From: Candidatus Microgenomates bacterium
GTDB taxonomy: Bacteria > Patescibacteriota > Microgenomatia > UBA12405 > UBA6130
Reading direction: 5' to 3'
Assembly: GCA_015485895.1 (NCBI GenBank)
Contig: WFSR01000062.1
Location: 1 to 40,726 of the forward strand
DNA length: 40,726 bases
A program made the translations under genes and the position numbers. The notes below the pieces were generated by a model that had not been told where the DNA came from, did no database searches, and worked only from the letters and a program-made list of their open reading frames with translations. This document shows, in pieces, positions 23,192 to 31,411 of the stretch. The stretch's first letter is position 1; every line of letters starts with the position of its first letter.

Positions 23192-25212
23192 TTCAAGGTT
23201 ACTTTCTCTTGCCAATCTTGTAAAAATTTTTGCCAACGGGATGCGTATTCACCCGATGGAATATTCACGGCTTGTTGGGCTGCTTGGTGTACCTTAGTCG
23301 CCAACTCCAAGTCGAGCCAAGAAGCTAATTTCAGCTGGGGGTAGCCGTGCTGTTGAGTGCCCAAAACCTCGCCCGGCCCTCTCAATTTCAAATCCGCTTC
23401 TGCTAGCGCCAAACCATTATGGAGTTTAGTAAGTAACCGTAAGCGCCTTTGACTTTTAACACTACTAGTCTCCGAGAAAAGCAAACAGTAACTTTTGCGA
23501 TTATTCCTCCCTACTCGACCACGTAACTGATATAGTTGCGCTAAACCAAATCTTTCCGCATTTTCAATAAGCATAATGCCAGCCCGAGGCAAATCTATAC
23601 CCACCTCAACTACCGGTGTGGTAATTAAAATATCAATTGCGCCTTTTTGCATTTTTTCTAAAATGGCCGCCTTTTCTTGGCTTTTCAAACGGCCATGCAA
23701 AAGGGCAAGGCGAAAACCAGCAAAAATTTTGCGTAAACGGTCAAATTCTTTAGTAGCCGCCCGCACCGATTGCATCGTTTCCGAAATTTCAATAAATGGG
23801 CAAACAACAAAAGCTTGTTCCTTCTTAACCCTAATTTCTTTAGCCACCCAACGATAGGCAGCGGCCCGCTTTCGTGGTGGGACTACAAAAGTTGCTACCG
23901 GTTGACGTCCCGGCAATAGATCAGTTAAACGGGAAACATCTAAGTTTCCCCGGAACACTAAATTCACCGTCCGGGGAATAGGCGTGGCGGTCATCGTTAA
24001 AATATGGGGATAGGTCCCATCCTGGTTTCTCGCTACTAATTGGGCCCGCTGGCTGACCCCAAAACGGTGTTGCTCGTCGATAATGACTAAACCCAAATCA
24101 CCTATTTCCCGGCGGTGATGGAAGAGGGCGTGGGTGCCAATTAAAAAAGGTGCCCGAATATTCTCCCGATATTGGGAAGTCCATATTCCAATAGGGGAGT
24201 GCCACTGGGTAAAAAGAGGTTGAAGACGCTGATAATGCTGCCTGGCTAAAATTTCCGTCGGAGCCATTAAAACCACCCGATAGCCAGCCTTGCTTATCTG
24301 ATAACCAGCAAGGGCGGCAACAATAGTTTTACCAGTGCCAACATCACCCTCCAAAAGCCGATTCATTGGGTAGGGCCGTTGCAAATCTTGGGCAATTTCT
24401 CGAAGCGCTCCTTTTTGGCTAGCGGTCAATCGAAATGGCAAATCTCTCTCCGCCTCTTGTGCTAATGTCCAATTCCATTTTATCGACGGGGCCGGTTTAT
24501 TCCGCTCTTGCTTCTGACGATACAAAAGAGGGAGTTGTAAAAGAAAAAGCTCTTCAAAAGCTAAGCTATACCGTGCCCGCTGCGCTGCCTCTAGAGAACC
24601 AGGGGCGTGGATTTGGCGCAAAGCTTGCCAGCGAGGCAATAATCGGTAATGCTGACGCCAATCCGGAGGGAAATAATCAGGGAATAGATGATCGGAAAGG
24701 TGGGGGAGAAGAGAGGCAATAACTTTCCGCAAGTAGTTCGAGGTAATGCCATCCGTCTCTGGATAAATAGCTAAGAGCCGCCCTGTCTGCTGCCCGCTTT
24801 TTCCCTTTTCCAACAAAGGATTTATAATTTGCCAGCGGCCGAGAGGTGATTTTTTTACCAAACCGGCCACAATTAGTTCCATCCCCTCTTTCAGTCCTTG
24901 AAGGCGGAAAGGTTGATTAAACCAAAGCAATTCTAAAAATGCTCCCCGTTCTTCAATGGTAATTTGCTGCATTGTCTTACCCCGTTTAGTTAGCCGATTT
25001 TCCAATTTTGCAATCTTACCTTTTACGGTTACCGTCTCTCCAAAGTGAAGCCGACGAATTTGTTTCAGGCGGCGAAAATCTTGATAATAACTAGGGAAAT
25101 GATAAATTAAATCTTTAATCGTTTTGATATTTAAACGGGCTAGCCGGGCAGCAGATTTAGGTCCCACTCCTTTAAGGTAACGAATGGGCGTCTCCGGCGC
25201 CAATTTTGCCAT
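23188..25212 (-). CDS. recG: ATP-dependent DNA helicase RecG
   Basis: N-terminus IRYLKGVGPKSAARLARLNI. Wedge/OB region. Helicase motifs LEGDVGTGKT, VIIDEQHRFG, MTATPIPRT and LRGRVGR. The start is taken at MAKLAPE (25212) because the longer ORF overlaps the upstream gene. Confidence 0.9.
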   Translation of the reverse strand: MAKLAPETPIRYLKGVGPKSAARLARLNIKTIKDLIYHFPSYYQDFRRLKQIRRLHFGETVTVKGKIAKLENRLTKRGKTMQQITIEERGAFLELLWFNQPFRLQGLKEGMELIVAGLVKKSPLGRWQIINPLLEKGKSGQQTGRLLAIYPETDGITSNYLRKVIASLLPHLSDHLFPDYFPPDWRQHYRLLPRWQALRQIHAPGSLEAAQRARYSLAFEELFLLQLPLLYRQKQERNKPAPSIKWNWTLAQEAERDLPFRLTASQKGALREIAQDLQRPYPMNRLLEGDVGTGKTIVAALAGYQISKAGYRVVLMAPTEILARQHYQRLQPLFTQWHSPIGIWTSQYRENIRAPFLIGTHALFHHRREIGDLGLVIIDEQHRFGVSQRAQLVARNQDGTYPHILTMTATPIPRTVNLVFRGNLDVSRLTDLLPGRQPVATFVVPPRKRAAAYRWVAKEIRVKKEQAFVVCPFIEISETMQSVRAATKEFDRLRKIFAGFRLALLHGRLKSQEKAAILEKMQKGAIDILITTPVVEVGIDLPRAGIMLIENAERFGLAQLYQLRGRVGRNNRKSYCLLFSETSSVKSQRRLRLLTKLHNGLALAEADLKLRGPGEVLGTQQHGYPQLKLASWLDLELATKVHQAAQQAVNIPSGEYASRWQKFLQDWQEKVTLN

Positions 25213-25313
25213 TCTCAACGCAAAAGATAAACTAAAGGCCAAAAGCTCCCCAAAACCAAAGCCAGAGAGGCAATAATAATGACAATTTTCATTATCTTCT
25301 TTTGTTTCATAAC

Positions 25314-26024
25314 TTATCTTATCACAAATGGCCGTAGCCGGCGAATTCCTATTTTCTCCAACGGTCCATGCACCTTCATTAACAACGGCTGGCCTGTTTT
25401 TAATTTTTCCGGCCAGATTTGCTGCCAAAGGGGAAGATTTGCAGCAATAATTTTAATAACGCCCAAATGAGGGCCGGTAATTTCAGTTCTATTGCTAGAG
25501 TGGGCATAAATTACTTCCTTTTTATCTTTTCCCACAATTACCAAAACATGGTCTATCTTTTTCTCGCCTTCAATTTGGGCAGGGATTATATCACCCTCGC
25601 AAATTTTATTCAGGAGAGGCTCCACGAAAATGGAATTTTTCTTATTAGTTAATGCCCAGGCATTAAGGCGCCGACGCGGATTATGGCTTAATCCAGGGGC
25701 CCATTGAAGGCCTTGCCAAAAGCCAGGCCGTAAAAAGTTTAAAATTTGAAAAGCAAAACCTGAGCAGTCCAAACCAATTCTTTTTTGCTCCATGAAGCGG
25801 CGAATTTCCCAAGCCGACATCTTTTGCCAATTTAATCCGGCTTGGCGCAATTTAACTACCGTTGCCCGGCGAATCTCGGATGGTGAACCTTTACCGCCAA
25901 ACGGCCCTTGGATACGCCGCCCCAACTTTAGAAAACGGTTGCGCCAATAAGGAATTCTCACCGCTTTTTCTCCAAAAGGGAGAGCAAAAAAAGAGTTTAA
26001 AAATCGCCGCAGATTTTCTCTCAT
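25314..26024 (-). CDS. NlpC/P60-like cysteine peptidase-fold protein
   Basis: Catalytic-type Cys in LDCSGFAF and GDIIPAQIEGEKKIDHVLVIVG...VIYAHSS (Cys..His..His order). No obvious signal peptide. The ATG at 26024 is preferred over the TTG at 26066 because a TGtTATTCT box lies 7 nt upstream. Confidence 0.55.
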   Translation of the reverse strand: MRENLRRFLNSFFALPFGEKAVRIPYWRNRFLKLGRRIQGPFGGKGSPSEIRRATVVKLRQAGLNWQKMSAWEIRRFMEQKRIGLDCSGFAFQILNFLRPGFWQGLQWAPGLSHNPRRRLNAWALTNKKNSIFVEPLLNKICEGDIIPAQIEGEKKIDHVLVIVGKDKKEVIYAHSSNRTEITGPHLGVIKIIAANLPLWQQIWPEKLKTGQPLLMKVHGPLEKIGIRRLRPFVIR

Positions 26025-26031
26025 CTCTCTT

Positions 26032-26040
26032 AGAATAACA
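26032..26040 (-). promoter_or_regulatory. extended -10 like box (TGtTATTCT) 7 nt upstream of the ATG at 26024
   Basis: The minus strand reads TGTTATTCT, then aagagag, then ATG. Confidence 0.45.
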
Positions 26041-26060
26041 CATACCAAAAAATACCCAAA

Positions 26061-26205
26061 TTCCAAATCTCAAACTCCAAACAAAACTCAAAGTCCAAAA
26101 TCCTAAATTCTAAACAATGACCAAAATCCAAATGACCAAATACTTAAACAGGATGGTTTTTAGGCTTCTGTGTTTTGGTCATTTGGTATTTGGTATTTAA
26201 TATTG
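26061..26205. repeat. AT-rich strand-skewed quasi-palindrome (same family as 4338-4605)
   Basis: ccaaatctcaaactccaaacaaaactcaaagtccaaaatcctaaattctaaacaatgaccaaaatccaaatgacc..., then ttttggtcatttggtatttggtattt. Confidence 0.8.
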
Positions 26206-26223
26206 CCTGCCTGCGCAGGCAGG
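26206..26223. repeat. perfect 18-bp GC palindrome CCTGCCTGCGCAGGCAGG
   Basis: Self-complementary. It shares the GCCTGCC/GGCAGGC arms with the 40263-40291 hairpin. Confidence 0.9.
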
Positions 26224-26240
26224 GAACTTTGTGCTTCTTT

Positions 26241-26336
26241 AACTTAGTTCCTCCAACCTAGCTCCATTTTTAACTTTTCACTTTCTTCGCCCTTAGTCCT
26301 TAGCCCTTAGCCCCTTTCAACCTAGTTCCTAGTTCC
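26241..26336 (+). repeat. 7-bp tandem repeat arrays (CTTAGYC x3, CTAGTTC x2) and related C/T-rich filler
   Basis: cttagtc cttagcc cttagcc (26292-26312). cctagttcctagttcc (26321-26336). Confidence 0.85.
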
Positions 26337-26411
26337 ATTTATTAACTTTCTAGCTCTTAAGTCATAATCAGCCATAAGAAGATAAAATTTGCATTCTTTA
26401 GAGAAAATAAG

Positions 26412-26417
26412 TAGAAT
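26412..26417 (+). promoter_or_regulatory. -10 box TAGAAT 9 nt upstream of the rpmF ATG
   Basis: gTAGAATacaaccactATG. No Shine-Dalgarno sequence. Confidence 0.45.
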
Positions 26418-26426
26418 ACAACCACT

Positions 26427-26618
26427 ATGGCAGCATTACCAAAACGCAAACCATCAAGCCATCGTCAAGGGCGACGCCGGCGAACACAAAAAATTAGCCT
26501 CCCAAAATTAGTAACTTGTCCCAAGTGCGGTCACAAAAAATTACCCCATTTACCTTGTCCACATTGCGGTTGGCATGAACAAAAAACTAAGCGACCCGCG
26601 TCACCAGCGACGGCGTAA
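26427..26618 (+). CDS. rpmF: 50S ribosomal protein L32 (zinc-ribbon form)
   Basis: MAALPKRKPSSHRQGRRR...CPKCGHKKLPHLPCPHCG. Confidence 0.9.
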   Translation: MAALPKRKPSSHRQGRRRRTQKISLPKLVTCPKCGHKKLPHLPCPHCGWHEQKTKRPASPATA

Positions 26619-26955
26619 AATCATCAAAACTCTCTTTGCGGGCTCTTTTGACCATCTAGCCGGAAGAAAAACTAACCCTGATGACGAAGAAGCAAAATCT
26701 ATCAGTAAACAACAAAAGTTCATCGATAGACACATTGTCCAAGCAGCTTCTCGTTGGCCCTTGGAAAGAATTAATAGAATTGATTTAGCTATCCTTCGAT
26801 TAGCTATTTGGGAGCTCTGTTTCCAGAAGAAGGAACCACCAAAGGTCATTATTGACGAAGCGGTAGAGTTGGCTAAAGAATTTGGGGGTGAGAATTCACC
26901 CAGTTTTGTTAACGGTGTTTTGGGAACTATCTATGAACAATGCCAAAATAAATAA
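26575..26955 (+). CDS. nusB: transcription antitermination factor NusB
   Basis: RHQRRRKIIKTLF...IDLAILRLAIWEL...PPKVIIDEAVELAKEFGGENSPSFVNGVLG. Overlaps rpmF by 44 nt in another frame. Confidence 0.85.
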   Translation: MNKKLSDPRHQRRRKIIKTLFAGSFDHLAGRKTNPDDEEAKSISKQQKFIDRHIVQAASRWPLERINRIDLAILRLAIWELCFQKKEPPKVIIDEAVELAKEFGGENSPSFVNGVLGTIYEQCQNK

Positions 26956-27670
26956 TTCCAATTTGGAAAAACAATTAGGTTTTAGTTTTTATAACCCAAG
27001 CATTCTTCGGACTGCTTTCACCCATCGTTCCTGGCTTAATGAGCATCATCAAATCAAAGCCGTTTCCAACGAACGATTAGAATTCCTCGGTGATGCTGTC
27101 CTGGAACTTTGGAGTAGCGACCGCCTTTTCAACCTCTTTCCGAATTACCCAGAAGGGCAGCTTACCAATATCCGCTCAGCTTTGGTGCGTGGTCAAAGCC
27201 TGGCGGCGGCGGCAAAAAAGCTTAAGCTTGGCACTTATTTACGCCTTAGCCGTGGAGAAGAAAAAACTGGCGGGAGAGAAAATACTTCCCTTCTGGAAAA
27301 TACTTTTGAGGCTTTGCTAGGGGCTATCTATTCCGATCACGGCATTGTTTTTGCTTTCCGTTTCCTTGATCATCATCTCCTTCCAAAATTAAAAGAGCTT
27401 GGCCGTCAAGGCAATATCAAAGATGCCAAAACCCTCTTCCAGGAAATCGCTCAAGAAAAGATGAAAATTACCCCCACTTATCAAGTTCTGAATAGCCAAG
27501 GACCGGAGCATCAAAAACTTTTTATCAGCGGAGTTTTTTTAAACGAGAGGTTAATTGCCAAGGGCCAAGGTCACTCTAAGCGCCAAGCAGAAGAAACAGC
27601 CGCTAAAAAAGCATTGACTATCTTTAGGAAACAAAGTAAAATCAAAATAAAGAAAAATGCTAAAAATTAA
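26933..27670 (+). CDS. rnc: ribonuclease III
   Basis: Signature NERLEFLGDAVLE plus a C-terminal dsRBD (GPEHQKLF...GHSKRQAEETAAKKAL). The start is taken at MNNAKINN. Confidence 0.92.
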   Translation: MNNAKINNSNLEKQLGFSFYNPSILRTAFTHRSWLNEHHQIKAVSNERLEFLGDAVLELWSSDRLFNLFPNYPEGQLTNIRSALVRGQSLAAAAKKLKLGTYLRLSRGEEKTGGRENTSLLENTFEALLGAIYSDHGIVFAFRFLDHHLLPKLKELGRQGNIKDAKTLFQEIAQEKMKITPTYQVLNSQGPEHQKLFISGVFLNERLIAKGQGHSKRQAEETAAKKALTIFRKQSKIKIKKNAKN

Positions 27671-27875
27671 GCTCTTTCAACGAGGGAAAAAACACCAACG
27701 GACTTACCGTATCGTTGTTGCCGAAGCACGTTCTAAGCGGGACGGAAAATTTGTTGCCGATCTTGGTTCCTACGATCCAAAAACGAAAGCATTGAAAATC
27801 AACCAGGAACAACTAGAGAAATGGCAACGGCAAGGGGCTCAATTAAGCGATGGAGTGCGCAAATTATTACTATGA
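27657..27875 (+). CDS. rpsP: 30S ribosomal protein S16
   Basis: MLKIKLFQRGKKHQRTYRIVVAEARSKRDGKFV..LGSYDP. Confidence 0.92.
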   Translation: MLKIKLFQRGKKHQRTYRIVVAEARSKRDGKFVADLGSYDPKTKALKINQEQLEKWQRQGAQLSDGVRKLLL

Positions 27876-28123
27876 AAGATTTAATCAGCTTCCTCCTAGA
27901 CTTTATGTTTGGCGATAAAGGTAAAAGGATTAATGTCCATATAAAAGATCAAGATGAAGAGCAACTAATCACTTTGGCTGCTCCTGAAGATATTCTTGGC
28001 CAGCTTATCGGGCGCAACGGCCAAACAGTCCGGGCCTTGAAAATCCTCCTTTCTCTCCAGAACCGAGGCCAGCGGAATTTTCGCTTAGAAATCCAAAAGC
28101 TACCCTTATCCGCATCAGAGTAA
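27872..28123 (+). CDS. KH-domain RNA-binding protein (UPF0109/YlqC-like)
   Basis: GQLIGRNGQTVRALKILL (GXXG KH motif). Conserved position after rpsP. The ATG overlaps the rpsP stop (ATGA). Confidence 0.8.
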   Translation: MKDLISFLLDFMFGDKGKRINVHIKDQDEEQLITLAAPEDILGQLIGRNGQTVRALKILLSLQNRGQRNFRLEIQKLPLSASE

Positions 28124-28127
28124 AAAA

Positions 28128-28910
28128 TCAAAAAGGATTTTGCCTTCTTACTTCTTGTTTATGTAATGTTTGTTCTAAAGCTTGCACTTTTTCAAAAAGC
28201 GTTTGAGAATGATCAGCAAATGTTCCCAATGATTGGACTGTTTTCATTTCCAAAGGCGAAAGCACAAAAGCCCTAGTCGTCAACCTACCATTTTTGGGGA
28301 GATGCAGCTCGCCCGCAAAATACATCAACAATCTGAGTTGAACATTTACCAAAGAAGGCACAGTATCACCTTGCCGGTGAACCGCCAGACGAGAAATACT
28401 TATCAGGGGCAACCCTTCCTCCAGAGAACGCAAAAATGCTCCTAATTCCTCTTCAGGACCAATCGTATCGAGTTCCACCATTACCGTCTCAGTACCAGAT
28501 CTTTTATGCTGTTTCCGTTGCCCCGCTGCCGACGCCACTTTAACTGCCCCTAAATCGAAGCTTAACTTCTTTACCATAAAATGGTGGCGCTGGGCCGGTT
28601 CCTCCAACGCAAACAATATTAACTGCAAATCACTTTTTTCCGGAAAAGCCTTTTCTGTCAATTGCGCTCGCTGTTTCACTTTTTCCCAATCCCAATTCGT
28701 CAAGATGACTTTTTCTTGCTTTTCCCGTAATAATTCCTGACGCAATTGCCACCAAAGACGCCCCCGCCGGTAAACATGCAACCACCCTTGCCACAAGAAT
28801 CCTCCGCCAATAAAAACCGTTAGCCAAAAAAGGGCAAGGGAGAAAATCGCCTGCCGGGCAACTTTATTTTGCCAAAGCTGTTGGTCTAGAATCAACCATC
28901 CCAGACGCAT
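28128..28910 (-). CDS. PilO-like type IV pilus assembly membrane protein (tentative)
   Basis: A single N-terminal TM helix, a coiled-coil stretch and a C-terminal alpha/beta region. It is the last gene of the pilM-pilN-X operon. Confidence 0.5.
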   Translation of the reverse strand: MRLGWLILDQQLWQNKVARQAIFSLALFWLTVFIGGGFLWQGWLHVYRRGRLWWQLRQELLREKQEKVILTNWDWEKVKQRAQLTEKAFPEKSDLQLILFALEEPAQRHHFMVKKLSFDLGAVKVASAAGQRKQHKRSGTETVMVELDTIGPEEELGAFLRSLEEGLPLISISRLAVHRQGDTVPSLVNVQLRLLMYFAGELHLPKNGRLTTRAFVLSPLEMKTVQSLGTFADHSQTLFEKVQALEQTLHKQEVRRQNPF

Positions 28911-28912
28911 TT

Positions 28913-29455
28913 CTATAAATGAATTAATAAACTAAAACGCATGTTGCCGGGAGCCATTTGGATCGCTTGCACTGTTACCACCGAAAATTGGTCGTTAGGA
29001 AGCCAACGACGATAATGACGAGTGCGGCGGTCAAAATCTGCCCACGCCGACAGAGAACGCCAGTGTCCTTGGATAGCCAATTTATCGCCACGGTATATTA
29101 CTTCATCTAGAACTGCCCCTGGGCCAAGGAATTCTTTCACCTGCTGCAATCGCCTGCTTATTATTTGCCTCTTTCTCAGAACGCTGGCCGCTAATTTTAT
29201 CTTTCCTCGGGCCCTCAATTGTGCTCGCAAATAAGGCAAAAAGGCTCTCAAATCTTCCTTTATAGTCGTCCGTTCGGCAGCAAGCAGTTTTACCCGACGC
29301 TGTAACTGCCAACGAGCCAAAAGAATAAGCAGACCGTTAACGATCAAAAAAATAGCTAGCCATTTAAGATCTCGTTGCCAGCGCCGGATCATTCGCCAAT
29401 ATTGCCAATTAATTTTTGTCCTTGTCGGCAATAAGTTTATTGTTTCTACTTCCAT
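28913..29455 (-). CDS. pilN: PilN-like type IV pilus assembly protein
   Basis: N-terminal INLLP motif (ETINLLPTR) followed by one TM helix. Overlaps pilM by 10 nt. Confidence 0.7.
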   Translation of the reverse strand: MEVETINLLPTRTKINWQYWRMIRRWQRDLKWLAIFLIVNGLLILLARWQLQRRVKLLAAERTTIKEDLRAFLPYLRAQLRARGKIKLAASVLRKRQIISRRLQQVKEFLGPGAVLDEVIYRGDKLAIQGHWRSLSAWADFDRRTRHYRRWLPNDQFSVVTVQAIQMAPGNMRFSLLIHL

Positions 29456-30456
29456 AAACGGAGGGCTGAGCCAATAACACCGCTAAACTCTAATTTCTTC
29501 TCTTCCCAATGCTGCTGACTTGCCAAACTAGGATTTAGAGTAAGACCGGCCAGAGGATCTCCCCATTGCACTTCAACACCTAACTCGCTCACTAATTCAT
29601 CCGCCAGCCCGGGCACTAATGATCCTTTGCCAGAGAGTGTTAAGACTTTTACTTTTTGTTTCCAAACCCCTTCAAAGGCCAAAATGCTCTTGCGGGTTTC
29701 CACTACCAATTGTTGAACCACCGGCAACAAAGCTTGGCGAATTTTATTTTTCCACTGGCCAGCTTTCAGCCCATAAGTAGTTTTATACGCCTCTGCTTTT
29801 TCGAGCGACATACCTAAAACTACACTCACCGCACGGGTAAGGGTATCACCCCCTAATGAGGAAAAATGGCTTAGATAAGGCGCCCTTTGATAGCTTATAA
29901 CCACCGTTGTCTGCATAGCGCCAATATCAACAATAGCAGTGGCCGTCGTTGGTTCGGTGGCAAAGACACGAGTTAAGGCAATACTGTAATTTTCTATTGC
30001 CAAGGGGACCAAACGCAAATTAGTAAGTAGATCAATCAAAGCATCAAGGTAACTCTTTTGAGTAGCTACCACCAGAATCGTCTTACCCTTATCTTTCCGA
30101 TCTTGCAAAACTTGATAATCCATCTGGGCCTTAGTTACCGGATAGGGGATAAACGTTTCTGCTTCATAATGCAAAGCCGAAGCTATTTCCGCATCCTTCA
30201 TCGGAGGAAGATTAACCACCCGGCTAATTACCACCTCCTCGGGGATATTGACCACCACCCGGGGATAATTCTTTCCAATTGTGGTCAGAGCTTTTGCTGC
30301 TGCCGCGGGTAAATTACTCAATGTCAGGGGTGAGGTCGCCGCTGAACCTAAGCCTCGATATTCTTGTAGAATTGCCAACTCTAGTTTGTCATTTTTCTTT
30401 TCTACAGCCGCTAGCTGTACCGCTTCACCGCTTAGGCGCAGAGCAAAATAGTTCAT
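29446..30456 (-). CDS. pilM: PilM, actin-like type IV pilus assembly ATPase-fold protein
   Basis: 336 aa with an actin/HSP70-like layout (VDIGAMQTTVVIS, GGDTLT, LSGKGSLVPGLADEL). Sits upstream of pilN. Confidence 0.8.
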   Translation of the reverse strand: MNYFALRLSGEAVQLAAVEKKNDKLELAILQEYRGLGSAATSPLTLSNLPAAAAKALTTIGKNYPRVVVNIPEEVVISRVVNLPPMKDAEIASALHYEAETFIPYPVTKAQMDYQVLQDRKDKGKTILVVATQKSYLDALIDLLTNLRLVPLAIENYSIALTRVFATEPTTATAIVDIGAMQTTVVISYQRAPYLSHFSSLGGDTLTRAVSVVLGMSLEKAEAYKTTYGLKAGQWKNKIRQALLPVVQQLVVETRKSILAFEGVWKQKVKVLTLSGKGSLVPGLADELVSELGVEVQWGDPLAGLTLNPSLASQQHWEEKKLEFSGVIGSALRLWK

Positions 30457-30465
30457 TCTCCTTTC

Positions 30466-30471
30466 AGTATA
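30466..30471 (-). promoter_or_regulatory. -10 like box TATACT 9 nt upstream of the pilM ATG
   Basis: The minus strand reads ctttTATACTgaaaggagaATG. Confidence 0.4.
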
Positions 30472-30637
30472 AAGAGAGGGGCAAGAAAAATCAATTTAGG
30501 CTTAACTTTTCACTACATTGGCAATTAAAAACCCAAAGCCTGGCCCCTAAAGCTAGGAAATAGCTGAAAGGGGCTAAAAAACTAAGGGCGAAAAGATGAC
30601 CTGCCATCCATATCTTTGTCAAGTTGAGTTTGGCTCA

Positions 30638-30680
30638 CCCTGCCCCGATCTTACGTCGGAGTGAAAATCAGGATGACGCG
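30638..30680. repeat. degenerate copy of the GACGTnACGTC / TCAGGATGACG module
   Basis: ccctgccccgatcttacgtcggagtgaaaatcaggatgacgcg. Confidence 0.6.
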
Positions 30681-30687
30681 TTATTGG

Positions 30688-30823
30688 CCTAATTCCTAGT
30701 TCCATTTACTTCTCACATTAATTCTTCTTTCCTAATAAAAGCTTTAGGCTTTGGGCTTTCAGCTTTTAGCAGCCCTTTAGGACTTTTGCTTTTTCCTAGT
30801 TCCTAGTTCCTAGTTCCTAGCTC
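30688..30823 (+). repeat. ~135-bp heptamer-rich module shared with 40469-40607
   Basis: cctagttccatttact..., aaagctttaggctttgggctttcagcttttagcagccctttagg, then CTAGTTC x3 plus CTAGCTC (30796-30823). Confidence 0.85.
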
Positions 30824-30901
30824 CATTTCCACTTCAACTTCTCTAAGTATCAGATACTAAAGATTTTGAATTTGGAAAATTGGCAAATTCGGACTTATTA
30901 T

Positions 30902-31411
30902 CTAAATTCGTTCCTGAAACAACTTAGTTACCTGGAATATTGCCTCTTTCTTTCCGGGAACAATTTGCAAAGTATTTGCGTTATTGTTAGCAATAGAAAA
31001 GGTAAAAGCAATGTCCACTTGAGGATAAGCCTCTGAAGTAACTTTGCAAGTGGCTGCCAATCTATCGCAGTGCACCCCCTCAGGGCTGAGATAGGCTGAA
31101 TTGGAAGCTAAATGACCATTCCGACAACTAAAGGTAGTGATACCACCATCGTAGCCTAAAAAGGCAATGCTAGAAGCGTCACTAACCGGGCAGGCCAAGG
31201 GGCGATGGGCAAAACGGTTAAGGTAATCTTCCATTGCCAGAGCAGCAGCGCTACCAGCTTGGCGTAATTCTTTACTGGCTAAAGCTTTATCCTGCCCCCG
31301 CAAATTAAAATAAAAAATTGTTGCCCCAATCGAAACAATAACTGCCAGCAGCCCGGTCACCAAAAGACTCTCAAAAAGACTAAAACCTTGCTGTTGCAAT
31401 TTACCGCCCAT
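30902..31411 (-). CDS. prepilin-type minor pilin/pseudopilin
   Basis: Class III signal: MGGKLQQQG|FSLFESLLVTGLLAVIV. Confidence 0.65.
   Translation of the reverse strand: MGGKLQQQGFSLFESLLVTGLLAVIVSIGATIFYFNLRGQDKALASKELRQAGSAAALAMEDYLNRFAHRPLACPVSDASSIAFLGYDGGITTFSCRNGHLASNSAYLSPEGVHCDRLAATCKVTSEAYPQVDIAFTFSIANNNANTLQIVPGKKEAIFQVTKLFQERI

Noticed and set aside
25213-25428. 72-aa N-terminal extension of the recG ORF
   Set aside because: It overlaps the 3' end of the upstream NlpC-like gene. RecG homology (IRYLKGVGPK) begins right after the internal ATG at 25212.
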